A stretch of 61,712 bases of DNA, the filler included, from Sphacelaria rigidula (lineage: Eukaryota): assembly GCA_964200075.2 (NCBI GenBank). It is 7 parts of 7 records of this genome, joined end to end, with 100 filler letters (N's around TTAATTAATTAA, not from the genome) between each part and the next. Parts side by side here need not be neighbours in the genome. Positions count along the whole stretch, not along the records: positions 1 to 8,731 come from CAXNAA020010245.1; positions 8,832 to 17,562 come from CAXNAA020010246.1; 5 more parts are not named here. The stretch is one strand, 5' to 3'. The notes below the pieces were generated by a model. That model searched no databases. It had not been told where the DNA came from and was given only the letters and a program-made list of their open reading frames with translations. Positions 1 through 11,880 of this stretch are shown in pieces; position 1 is the stretch's first letter, and the number at the start of each line of letters is the position of its first letter. The translations under genes and the position numbers were made by a program.

Positions 1-109
1 TTTGTTAGAGGTGTCTCTATCAGGAGTAGGGACGGAGCTCCGTCTCGAAAGGGATGCGTGGTCAATGGTCAAACGACTAAGGCAAGCACCAAATGAGTAC
101 GCCCCCCCC
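1..109 (+). mobile_element. 3' end of the C-tailed LINE family
   Basis: Aligns by eye to the 3' end of the LINE copy at 22740-22872 and ends GAGTACGCCCCCCCC. Confidence 0.85.
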
Positions 110-262
110 TTTACCACACGTGCGCCTGCTTCATGTCAAACACCAGACGATTCTTCAAGAAAATAGGAGAGTGCCGCTCACTCAGGAAACGAGCTGCCTT
201 AACAACGCCCGAACATGACCTTCTCGCAAAGCACCGCGACTGCGATTCACCAAGTCTTGCAG

Positions 263-408
263 AATTCCTCCGACTTGGTGCTTCAACAGCGCTGTTCATC
301 GTAATGAACTGCCAAGCTGGAGGGACTCTACAAGACTTGGTTAATCGCAGTCGCGGTGGTGTGCAAGAAAGTAATGTTCTGGCCTTGTACAGGCAGCTCA
401 TTTCCGAG
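263..408 (+). pseudogene. Duplicated kinase exon (subdomains IV-VIa), probably a relic of an internal duplication
   Basis: Translates LFIVMNCQAGGTLQDLVNRSRGGVQESNVLALYRQLISE, paralogous to exon 1521-1658. GT donor at 409. There is no AG at the homologous acceptor position (nearest are 262 and 289). Confidence 0.65.
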
Positions 409-445
409 GTATGTACGAGTATTACTTGGATGTTTTGAGCATCTT

Positions 446-656
446 TGTAATGCTTGAGAGGACCTTGTGCTTAGAGCACCGTATCGGAATTTGAACATCC
501 CTATGCTTCGGGTTAGGGTTAGGGTGAGTGCTGGGTTGAGGGTCAGGAGTGTGGTCCCTGCAGGGACTGGCCTGATTGGTTTTGAAACACGTCGATCCTG
601 GGGTGTTTTGAACTACGATGCGGTTCTTTAAGCACGCGGTCCTCTCACGCGTTACA
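446..656. mobile_element. MITE family T (TGTAATGC...GCATTACA TIRs, internal TTAGGG-type repeats), copy 1
   Basis: 211 bp with about 40-bp imperfect TIRs and internal GGGTTAGGGTTAGGG. Homologous to four other copies in this contig. Confidence 0.85.
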
Positions 657-862
657 TCGTCTACCTCCGCGACAAATGTCCTCTACTTTCCATTCCCGGT
701 ATCAGAATACAATCAGCAACACATTCCCCCAAGGCACGGCGACTGCATAACATGCATAAAGAACAAGATAGCGCAAGCCTTACGTATATATATATATATA
801 TATATAACGCCTCTCGACGTGATCCCCCCTTTGCATTGACATGACTCTACTACCGGCGGTAG

Positions 863-3800
863 TCGACAAAGGCCTGGACTAATGAGGTGGAGGTCCTGGA
901 GATCCTGAGCCACCCGTCCATTGTCGACTTAGTGGATACATTCAAGGTGTGTGCGTGTTTGTTGTTTACGGGCACCACAGTAGCGCAGGATGTTGTGAAC
1001 GTAGCTCTAACCCGTGGTTCGTGAATCCGCGGTCACGCTTGTGCGGCGGAGATGGCGTTGCCGTCAAGAGTGGTCAGAGGAGAGCTCCCGCCGGTATGTT
1101 GGCTATACCCTCACATAGCGTTCAGATGCATTCTCCAGCATTCTTACGGCCGATATCGCTTCGTGCACCGGGCTGAGACTGACTCGGTCTCTCTATAGGA
1201 TACACGGTCATGCGTGTTCCCTGTGCTTCTCGGGACTTTTTGTCTCCACTACCACGCCTTGTGCCTTGTACAAACGCGCGCCGAGACCGAGACTCTTATT
1301 TATTCTCTTTCAGATAGCGCAGAGGTATTCTGGTCTGTCGACACCCCGCAAGAGCACACCACTCTGCGCAACGATGGTAGGCTCGCGTCACAGGAGTGGA
1401 TCGGAATAGATATTCCATTAGTCGGACTGGATTGCTGATGCACCAGCTCAGCGAGTATCCTCTCCCCCCCCCCTTGCCGCACGTGCCCTGCTTCACGTCA
1501 AACACTGGATAATTCTCCAGAAAAATACGGGGATGCCAAAGCTGTTCATCGTGATGGCCTACGAAGCCGGAGGGACCCTCCGAGAGTTGGTGAACCGCAG
1601 TAACGGTGGTTTGGGAGAGCAACATGCTCGGGCGCTGTTTCGGCAGCTGGCTTCGGGGGTGAGTACGACTATTGGTCGGGTGTTTCGAGGGTCTCTGTAA
1701 TGCGTGAGAGGACCTCATGCTTAGGGGACCGCATCGGAATTTGAACTTCCGTATGCTTGGGGTTAGTGTTAGCGTAAGTGTTAGGGCCAGGGTCCGGGGC
1801 GTGGTCCCTGTAGGGATTGGCCCGATTGGTTTTGGAAAATGTCGATCCTGAGGTGCTTCGAACTACGATGCGGTCCCCAAAGCATGCAGTCCTCTCACGC
1901 ATTACCGCCAGCCGTATTTTATGTGCCAGCATATCATGAAAAAGCACGGAATATGGAGGGTGTTATTGTACCCCAGAGGACGGTAGAGGTATATGTTAGG
2001 GTCCCCATTGTCGCAAGGGGAAATAAGACGCGCAAGGGTGCATGATGCCTGGTCCGCGATATCGGTTTGTGATTTTCATTTTGAGCACCACATGGAACTC
2101 TAATGAATAGAATCATCCCCAGCGCGTCCAGAAAATATTTTACGGATGGTTGCCGCCGTAAGTGATAATTATATGGAGCATGAGATTCAACCTTCAGGTG
2201 GTACTTTGCCTTCTATTGGAATGCGTGGGCGGACCGCGTACGTTTTGCACCGCATCGGAGTTCAAACATCCCATTGTTTGGTTCAGGGCTAGGGTTAGGG
2301 CTAGGGTTAGGGTTAGGGTTAGGGTTAGGGCTAGGGTCGCAGTTTCTGCAGGGGCTGGCTCTAGCGGTCTTGAAACACGTCGTTCCCAGGGTGTTTTGAT
2401 CTCCGATGCGGCCCGAACAGCACGCGGTTCGCACACACACGTTGCACTATTACCAACTGCAGAAGCCTTCCCAATCCGTGCGCCTTCACGATTTTAGGTG
2501 TGCTACTTGCACCAGAGGAGAATCATCCACCGGGACATTAAACTCTCGAATATAGTGCTCGACTCCAATCACGAGAACTTGAAGATTATCGATTTCGGCC
2601 TAAGTGCCGTAATGACGACAGGGCGTCTCCAGACCCCATGCGGTGAGTACGCAGGCCTTTTTCGACGGCGATGAGCACGACGCAAACATATCATGTGCAC
2701 TACACCGCCGCACATACCGTTAAACGTGCCGCGTGGCCGTCTTCGGTGCTGAGGTTTTGGTGATGTCAACCGCTCATTTTGCAACATGGTAAGTTAATAT
2801 TAAAAGTGTTGATAAAGGAGAAAATTCAAGGCGTAACATTCATTTTTTTAGTACTGGAGGTTGAACTGGTAGCTCAAAGTTCTGAATCACGGTAATACTT
2901 GCAGCGTGCTGTCGAGTGTATTCGCACCTTGCAAATGTCGCACCGGTCCTACTGTAGCGCTGAGTACCTTTTTCTCACCATATGAAACGCTGGGCATCGA
3001 ACTGTGAAACATTTTGCAGTGGCTTCGTAGGGATTTTTCGGTGCAGCGATAAGGTCTGAGTTTGCTATACTCTTAGTCCCGCTGCAAATGGTCCTTGAGG
3101 TCAGCACAGCGGCGGTGATACGTTCGAGACGCAAAACACACATACATACCCCCCGCTATCGTGGAGCACAAATATTATCTCGACATATGAATAGAAACGT
3201 CAACCACGATTGATTGATTGATTTGAGGAATTGACCGATTGATGGTTGCACTTTAACTGACCCCGCAGGGGTCCAGCCATGGTCACAAGATAGACGTACC
3301 CAAGAAAAGCAAAACTGAAGCATTAAAACGTCGACCAGCACGCCATAGTAGACTAAGACGTGAAAAAAAAGAACTAATAATGATTTAATAAGAAAACAAT
3401 CGATGAAAGCGAAGCACAGAAATAAATGGCCGACCTGAACCAAAAAAAAGAAGATGAGAGAAAAGAGCAAAAAAGGAATTAAAAAATATAAAAAGGAAAA
3501 AGCTCGAGGGATTCAGGGCAGCAGCGTAGATACAGACACACGCCAGTGGGCATTGCAGAACCACCGACGAAGGGCATAATCAACAACCGATATGAGCAAA
3601 CGATATCGGTCAAATTTGGCGGCCTTGACATCCCGCCGGGAAGTGAGTGTACGAGTCTCGCCGCTAAACCCTTTAGCGCTGCAGGTGTCCATTTGTGGAA
3701 TCACGTGTGTCGAATGTTGAGTATTGGTGTGTGTCTAGATATTTCTTCATGGTATTACATGCGGGAGGTTTCGGTGAATCCCCCTGAGGTAGTTGGTGCA

Positions 3801-6800
3801 TTGTGCTGTCGCGTCCCGAGAATTGTTCTCTTGGCACATGCTTTTGAACCATCTTTATCGTACGATACCCTACACCGAGCACGTTTTGAATTCATTCAGA
3901 ATGGATGAAGAAGGAAGTGTACGTAGCCCCCCCCCCCCCGAACCTTGCTCCCCCTTATTGTTCGATGTCGCCTTGTTTTCCTCTCGGGCTGCGAGTAGCT
4001 CCCACGGTCCTGGATCAATGGGCACGGGTTGTCCAGGGAATAGATGCATGAAATTTGACTTGGTCACCATCGACGACAAAAAGCCTGTTCATGTATGAGT
4101 TCAAGCAACCCTTAGCATCCCGCTCGCACGTGCTTTCTGAACCAACTCTTGCCCACCCTTCCGCCAAAACCTGCAGGAACGCCAAACTACAAGGCACCAG
4201 AGATGGTGTCACCACTCGTCGGTAGAGTCGGGTACTGGTTGCCAGTCGATGTCTGGAGTATGGGCATTTGCCTGTACAAGATGACGCGTGGGTGAGTAGG
4301 GAAATACAGTGGTAAAGGGCCACGGGCGTTCGGGTCGGGCATACGAACCGGGCGAGGCAGGATGAGCAGGGGTGGGCAACAGCTTATGTGCACAGGGCCT
4401 TGAAACAAAAACGTGGGTGGGTTTTTGTCGTTTGTCGTACTTTTTCAGCCTGAAGTATTGGGCAAAGATTCCACCAGTTGACTTGTTGAAGTCAAACGTT
4501 GATGCCTAACATTGTGCTCTGTAAAATTTGCCTCGCTGCAGGTACGACGGACGGCGTGTGACAAGGCCCGCGTCCCTGGGGGCGGGCTTACTATTTTCCG
4601 TACTTTCACACTCACTTACCGTTGCACTTCTTTGTGTTCGTTTTGTTTTCCAATGGCATGGCGACGCACTCATTCAAAGCAGAGCGACTTTCATTACTAC
4701 TGACAGAGTTAACAGAACAGTAGTACGCATGGATCTCCCACCAAATGCTTCCCCTGCCGTGTATTTTTAACTCCCCACACAACAACTGTCACGAGCTTTC
4801 TGCGCCGGAGGATATGGCATGGAGTACCTACATAACTTCCATTTGCCTCCGCCTTGGACGAGCGTTGCAGCAGATAAAAATTGGTACCACTGAAACCCTC
4901 TCAACGAGTACACATTGTTCGCTGAGACGCACACATCCTTCATACATGAGCACTCAGAGTTCGCACCGCTATAACCCGTATCCTCCTTCTTTCTGGTCCT
5001 GCTGCGTCAGCGAGCTGCCCTTCACCGGTTCAAATCGGACACTTTTGAACCAGAGCATTAGCAATGATAAAGCCAAGCCCATAGAGACCCAAAGCTCGGA
5101 GTTGAACGATCTTATCAAAAGAATGCTGGACAAAGTCCCCCACGAGAGACCGACTGCTCCGCAGGTGCGATGACAACACGAACACCGCTACCGCGTTGCT
5201 AGGCCTGCAGTCAGCATTATGGTTCACGCCACGAGACACCCGACAAGACTTTGAAAAACACCGTGAATATATTGAATGCCGTCCGTTGAACGTGGGACTA
5301 CGGTGACAGAATTGCCACGTAGCCTGCAAGTGCTGCTGATTGGTTTGGTAGAGGGCTTAAGCTCGTCTATCATATACACGTTGTAATGCGTGGGAGGACC
5401 ACGTGCTTTTTGGACCGCATCGGAGTTTTAGCATCCCTATGGTTAGGGTCAGGATCAGGGTCAGGGTCAGGGTCAGGGTTAGTGCCAGGGTTAGGATCAG
5501 GGGAGCGGTCCAGTAGGGACTGGCTAGAGCGGTCTTGAAAACATCGATCCTAGGGTTTTAAAGTTTCGATGCGGTACGAAACGCACGCGAGCTTCCCACG
5601 CATTCCACACTTGTTAATCTGTTTCTTGAATCTCATGTATCATCATATATATGTGTACATCGTGCTAGCATCCAGGAATAGGGGGGTAGACTGTGATATC
5701 CCGAAGTCCCCATGCAAACCTTCAGCAGGCAACAGAAGTAATGAGGACCTTGGCGAATTTCAAGCGAATCTAGCACCACTGCAAGGCACGAGAGAGGGCA
5801 TCTCCTGAATGGTGGGAAATATTGGCTGTAAACGGCTGTAACGTTCTTCGATTATACGTTGCCTTGATAAACCTTTACGTGGCAGATGCCGCGCGACGTC
5901 TTACGTTTATTCCCATTCTCGTGTTGGTATATATTGCTTTAAAGCGAATGGACGGGAAGGTAGGGCGAGAAAGCGTTGGTGAAGTGTTCCAAGCCTCATA
6001 GACCATTTAGGATGACGCACGACTAGAAGATGCTCGTGGTACAAGGGCTAAGCTGTTTCTCCGTGTATCGCTTTTCGACGTCTGGCGTTATACTTTTTTC
6101 TGTTTCGTTGGGACGCGTTTTGCCTCTTTCATGGAACGAATCCCCTGTCCGCCGTACGTAGCCCTCATGAAAACGTATCGTGGGAGGTTCATCTGCCTGG
6201 GGATTTAAAGGCTCCGAAACAACTATTGATACTCAAACGTTGTCTTCATTTTAGTGGGAAAGCGAACTTGCAGGACGCGATCATATATTCAAACGGACTA
6301 GATACGCACCCATGCGTAACCACCCTGTAATGCATGTTGGGACCGCGTGCATTTTGGGCCGCATCAGAAATTGAACGCCCCAGGACCGACGTGTCGGGAG
6401 GACCGCATGGACCTCATAAACGCAGGGACAGCTCCCCCAGCGATCCTGGGCCACGGATTTATCGAGGCAAGGGTAGCGAAGCCAGGCGAGGTGATTGGAG
6501 CGACACAGCGACGACGCAGTGTGCCTTGAAAGGGAGGAGAGTGAAGATATCAAACCTGTATAGGCCAGGCATTCGTAAGTCACGTGGAAGTCACTCTCGC
6601 ATGTAAAGTTTGACGGGAAAGAGTTGGCACCAGCGCATTTTGGGGAGGTGTCGGCGCCTACCACGTCATAATGACCGCATCGATGAAGTGATGCTCGGTT
6701 CTGAAAGGTACTAGGTGCCGAGTCGACCCATCTACTCGGAATTAACGGGTACCAGATATAGGAACGACCCCTCTGCTCCGTACTTACCCGTACGAAACAC

Positions 6801-7838
6801 CGCGACGGCCCATCTGCTCCGTACTTGCATGTACTGAAATGTGGTTTGCATGCGGTCTACTTTGTTATTCAAGGCAGCTTCGAGGTAAGCACAGAATTCG
6901 AGGCCACGGACCTTGCTTTGTTCCTCCGCGGAGATGGCATCACATTGGCTCGGTCTTTACTTTTCTGTTTACTTTGAAGCTGCCTTAGATGGCAAAGTGG
7001 AGCTCATGCAAACCACACGTCAGTACCCTGAAGTAAGTACCGAGCAGATGGGTCGTCTCGGTATCTAGTACCTGTTCGTACTTAGCAGATAGGTCATCTT
7101 GGCATCAAGTACCGATCATCGGTTCGTCGATGCGGTCATGATCGTAATGTATCAGAGGACCGCGTGCTTAGGGGGCCGCATCAGAATTTAAACACCGCTA
7201 TGTTTAGGGTTAGGGTTGGGGTTAGTGTTGGGGCTTGGGTCAGGGGCGTGGTCCCTGCAGGGACTAGCCTGATTGGTTTTCAAAAACGTCGATCGTGAGT
7301 TGTGTCGAACTACGGTGCGGTCACCTGAGTACGCGGTCCTCTCACGCATCACGATGATGATACGGTAGGCGCGGTCACCTCCCAAAATATACTGGTGTCA
7401 CCTCTTTATTCCCACACCCACATGCGAGAGTGGCTCCCACGCGAGTTACAAGTCCTTGGGTTCATTAGTTTTGAACTCCTCGCTCTCCTCCCTGTCAGAG
7501 CACACCGCGTGCGTCGTCGTGTCGCTCCAGTCATCTTGCCTGGCTTCGCTACCCCTGGCTTGATACGTACGTGGGTCAGATTTCTCGGGGCGCGGTCTCT
7601 GCATGCATGAGAAACGTGCAGTCATCTCGACACGTCGGTCTTGCGGCGTTCAAATCCTGATGCGATCCAAAGCGCACGCGGTCGTACCACGAAGTAAATT
7701 CCCACATGGCAAAATGGAGAAAAACTTGGGGCGTTCTGCTTCATGTTCTACGGAGACAACCACACACCCCTGCACATGCCCCGGACCTAGGTTTTGGACC
7801 ACCCGTGGTTTCCTGTCAGCTTTGGTGCAATAGGATAG
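863..7838 (+). CDS. Ser/Thr protein kinase (CAMK/PLK-like), 5'-partial; exons 863-946, 1521-1658, 2498-2642, 4177-4291, 5011-5164, 7791-7838
   Basis: All junctions are GT-AG and phase-compatible. Motifs: [61 protein letters not shown], then TAG at 7836-7838. The Gly-loop and VAIK exons are not in the contig. Confidence 0.9.
1696..1906. mobile_element. MITE family T, copy 2
   Basis: 211 bp, TGTAATGCGTGAGAGGAC...GTCCTCTCACGCATTACC. Starts 37 nt after the donor of exon 1521-1658. Confidence 0.85.
2217..2446. mobile_element. MITE family T, copy 3, with nine tandem (T/C)(T/C)AGGG hexamers
   Basis: Hexamer array at 2283-2336. Flanked by a 4-bp direct repeat, CTAT. Confidence 0.85.
3205..3325 (-). 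mobile_element. Retroposon 3' end with (CAAT)n tail
   Basis: The reverse complement matches 36480-36575 (TTCTTGGGTACGTCTATC...GGACCCCTG...CAGTTAA...CAATCAATC). Confidence 0.7.
5382..5607. mobile_element. MITE family T, copy 4
   Basis: Same TIRs, with an internal TCAGGG/TTAGGG array at about 5441-5502. Confidence 0.85.
6326..7698. mobile_element. 1.37-kb foldback (whole-length imperfect palindrome) in the last kinase intron
   Basis: The arms are reverse-complementary from the termini (TGTAATGCATGTTGGGACCGCGTGC / GCACGCGGTCG) to a centre at CTCCGCGGAG (6924-6933). The right arm is interrupted by a family T MITE. Confidence 0.85.
7143..7353. mobile_element. MITE family T, copy 5, nested in the foldback
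   Basis: 211 bp, flanked by the direct repeat ATGAT. Confidence 0.85.
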
Positions 7839-8731
7839 CCTCAACATCGTCCGCTACCGGAAGAGGTAACACCATGGATGAGGATACCGGCGGTCAGCCG
7901 GGAACAGCGCGGCAAGTCTAGGGGAAGGAAATTGGCAGAAGAGGAGGAGCCAGGGGGTACTAAGGAACACAGACGCTGAGCTGTCGGGAGCGGAAGAGCC
8001 GCCATAGTTTTTGTGCCTTGTGTGAACGTGTTTAGCTGGTATGCCGAAACTTTGCATTCTTAGTTACTCCCGGTGCGCTGGGGCGCGGGAGTGTCGTGGT
8101 GAGCGCAAAGGTGTTGTCGTTTGGTGTAGTCGAGCACTCCCTGCCTAGCTGGAAGGTGTCGGCATGTGATTGAAGCAGCGCATCGTTCTCGGAGGACCAC
8201 TGTAAGCGCCCTGCATCGTACACATGGCTAATTACTCATCTGCTCCAAGTATCGGTATCTAGCCCTGGAAGTATTCATGCGCACAGGTTCTTTCTCCACG
8301 CTATATATTTGAGTAGTGTAACGTGTTTTCGGCGATATGACTTGTTGCGAGGTAGCTACGGCCTACGGTGCGTCTCTAGATGATGAGGATTAATTTCTTG
8401 ACACACAATAAATTATCGTGGTGTTCAATGTTACCAGTATCTGGTTGTATGAGGGTCCACCGGTGGCCACTGAGGTACCTGGAAGGTGGGATTATGGACG
8501 TTCCAGACGCTCTGCAAGTTGCGGCGCAAGGTCAAAAATGTGACGTTGCCAGCGTATAAGTTGCAACCCATTGAAGGGTGTAGGGGTGTTGAAGGCAGGT
8601 GTACCAGTTGCGGGCCCGACTGTTTTACGAAGTCGGAAAAAAAGGGGCGGGGGGGGGGGGAGGAGGAGGTCTACCAATGATATTGCATGCCATGCTGGGA
8701 GGGGGGGTGGGGTGTGGGGGGGCACATGGCG

Positions 8732-8831
8732 NNNNNNNNNNNNNNNNNNNNNNNNNNNNNNNNNNNNNNNNNNNNTTAATTAATTAANNNNNNNNNNNNN
8801 NNNNNNNNNNNNNNNNNNNNNNNNNNNNNNN
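8732..8831. other. Artificial contig linker
   Basis: N-run, TTAATTAATTAA, N-run; 100 bp. Confidence 0.98.
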
Positions 8832-9035
8832 AAACAAAAAAAAAAACGAAAGACCACATACCAATTACAAAACACAACATCAACCACTACAAGTACGGAG
8901 CTAACCAGTACGAGAAAAATGAAGGGAGGAAGGGGGGGGGACACATGGTTTTCCAACGACGCTACAATGCAAGACAAGCGACTCGAACGCGGTACACTGC
9001 GCAAGGTGAATGGGAAAGCAGACTCGGATGCAGCA

Positions 9036-11553
9036 TCATGAGTCATCTGCATCCCAAGCGGTGTCCGTGTTCCGTAGAACGGCTGTTTCGAGTTTGCCTT
9101 GGTCGTGTCGTTGGAGGCACCAGGATCCCCTCCGAGCGGTCGGCTCCTCCGTGTAGTAGGCATCATCCGAGCGAATCTTGAGGGGGCTCGGGTCATCAAG
9201 GAAACGGATAAAGTAGGAGTGGTCAGATGCAGGATCGACCAAATGAATTTTTCCCAACCCCCACAGTGAATCGAAAGCCTTATACCAAAAATACGCCCCT
9301 TTCGGCAATCGTTCTCCGTGGAAACACTGCATGTATTGTGAACGCGAAAGAAGGCTATATGCTGTCACAACAAACCGCGCTGAGTGTTCACGTGCCAGTT
9401 TCCGAGCGGCAGTTACGTTGTGCGTCGACCGATATCTCTTATTCAGCGGGCGGTGTTGGACGGTATCTCCTACCCAGTACAGCAATATTTCCCGACGAAA
9501 ATGACGCAAACCAACCTCACGCTCCCATGTAATACGCATGATACCCTTCCAATGTGTTTGATACATTACCGCTATCTTACCTTCACGACCGCGAACCAGT
9601 TGATGGCCCGGAATCCTATCTACCTCAACGCGTTTCAGGGGTGCGTCCGCATCCTCGACCGTCATATGATACGGCGGAGTTCTGATCGTATACTTGGTCA
9701 AAACATACTGGCTAAGCCCTACCGGCAGTTGTTTGGGCATGTCAGAGTTATGAAGGGGGATGCACGGTTTGCATCGTAGTTTCGAGACGCAATTTTTCGG
9801 TTTCAAACCAGGTTCATCCGTGCGAAAATCTAATTACAAAAGTTTCGCTCCCACCGACTCTTGTCGGGTGCGGTAGCGCTGGGATCAACAGCCAAAATTT
9901 CCCAAGGACCAGTCCAATTCAAGGATTGCTTCGCCTTCAACACTTTATCCAAAGATGATGATTTCGAGCTAGCCCCTTGATTGATGGTCTTCATATCGTT
10001 ATAAACCCATGCCCATTGGCCTACCTTCCACACCGGGCGGTTATGCACCACATCATCCAACATCGAGTTCGCCCTGGCCACCTTGGCCAAATTGATTTGG
10101 TTCTGTTCTCGTACCACTTCATATGCAAGACGAACACGATTGCTCACCGACAAATGATACTATACAACATCACGATCGAGACCCTGATGTCCGCCTGTAT
10201 TGTTGCTTCGAACACTGTCAAATGTAACCTAGGCATACGACCAATGACACTTTCTACGATAGCCCCCTCCCAAAACCAGTCCAAAAGTGTCACGAAAAAG
10301 ATGGCCATACAGCGCCTGATGATTCGGTTCAGACTGTATGAAGCGCCTCATATTGGCAACATTGGTGAGAACGAGCGCAAGCGCAGGAATTTTCAGCTGC
10401 TCGTTGTGCTCGGCTTTTCCCATTCCGATTCACGTGAAGATTTTGCCTCCCAAACCTATGTACTTTTTTTGGGGGGGGGGTATCGTAGAAAGTGTCCAAT
10501 ATATATTTCATTCGATGCCAATCCCGTAGCGGTATTGACTGAGTTGCTATAGTTCATTTGGACAAGGGGCAGATGGAGATCCCAATCCACCTGTCTCTCA
10601 TTCGCCACAGCAGCAAGCATCTGTGCAATCGTATGGTTCACTGGTTCCGTTCCACCATTAGTGGAAGGGTGATACGAACCAGTAAAAATGCGATGGGCGC
10701 CCAAAAGGTCACTGACTGCGGCCGAAAGTTTGCCTGAAAAATGCGGGCGGTTGTCGGACAGTAATCGTCTGGGCACACCCCACTGTGGGATGTACATGTA
10801 TACAAGAATGTTGGCGGTGCCTTCCGCGTTATAGCTGCAGGCAGGGACAGGGTGCATTACCGCATGTCGACTAATTCTATCTATAAACAAAATATACTTA
10901 TTACCATTATTCGTCAGGGGTAAAGGACCGAAATAGTCCCACGAGACTCCTTCACCAGGCCCGTTTGGGAGTGGTATGGAAACAATCGGCCAACGAACTC
11001 TTTGACGTGAAGTCTTGCGCGCTTGACACAAGAGACAACGCCGAACCCATCAACGAGTACACTGATCCGTTCGAATCCACCAATGAAAACGTTCAAGCAT
11101 CTGGGAGATCCTAATGGCGTCCAAATAAGTCGATGCCTGTGAATGGCATTCGTGTAGAACCCATGGGAGCAGGAGCATCGGGACATAAATTCGGTTGGGT
11201 TCATCACGTAGCAAGCGGGCATGTCGACTTGTAGGCTTCCCCCCGGGGAGGGTCGCTGTGGACCGGCGAACTAAAAGAACGACACCATCATCATCCGTAT
11301 GCAGCATACCTTTCCGAGAAAGTTCGGTAACTTCATCCTGTGTGGGGGCTTAAAGGTTCCCGACGGACAAAAGGAATTCGGTTTCTGAAAATGGACATGG
11401 GCAACCTTTGGATAGATAGTGGATAGCTGATTTACAAGCAGGTTCTGCCTGTTGTTCCCGGGTCCAATCGGCGTGGGAAGACAGGGTCAAACGTTCCTTG
11501 AATACGCCATCTGTTGAAGCGTCTACTTCGCGTTGGGTCGTGTCGGGGTGGGG
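9036..11553 (-). mobile_element. Decayed Ty3/Gypsy pol: integrase zinc finger, core domain and C-terminal region
   Basis: Frameshifted ORFs 11050-11307 (HECHS...), 10456-11031 (CQARK...DYFGPLP...LLSDN...YHPSTNGGTE), 9830-10153 (NWTGPWEI) and 9036-9806. Confidence 0.9.
10246..10496. mobile_element. MITE family G (GACACTTTCTACGATA TIRs), inserted in the Gypsy integrase
   Basis: TIRs followed inward by C/G runs. 4-bp TSD CAAT (10242-10245 and 10497-10500). Confidence 0.9.
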
Positions 11554-11558
11554 GTGAC

Positions 11559-11880
11559 TGTTAGAAAAGTGTCGCTATGACCCCTTTGACGTGATCTCTA
11601 GAGTTGGCGCAATGGCACTTAAGCCAAGCAAGCAGACAAGCTGCTTTGGAGTGTAGACAGAAGATGATGTTCAAGGTGCCTCTTGCGGGCAAGACAGTCC
11701 AAGCAACCCACCGTGTTGAACGGTCAACCGAGGAGAGTGGGAGCAACCCGACTATCAGCTACGCTCCACATCAGACCAACTATCGTGATCAGTACCGGCG
11801 ATCGACCTACTGCCCCCATACAAATACAATACCATACGAAGCGTTGGCGAGAGTAAGCCCCATAGTCTTATTTTCTAACA
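11559..11880 (-). repeat. Copia 3' LTR, preceded on the minus strand by a polypurine tract (11881-11890)
   Basis: TGTTAGAAAA...TTTTCTAACA termini. The adjacent CCCCCCCTCA reads TGAGGGGGGG on the minus strand. Confidence 0.95.

Noticed and set aside
1454-1473. Further C-tailed LINE copies (also 3918-3939, 8700-8731, 41399-41410)
   Set aside because: C/G runs are present, but without clear homology to the family 3' end or a TSD.
2283-2336. True telomere or chromosome fusion site
   Set aside because: The array is short, degenerate and enclosed by MITE TIRs inside an intron.
8776-8787. TTAATTAATTAA repeated every ~8830 bp as a biological periodic element
   Set aside because: It is embedded in N-runs and has stops in all six frames, so it is an assembly linker.
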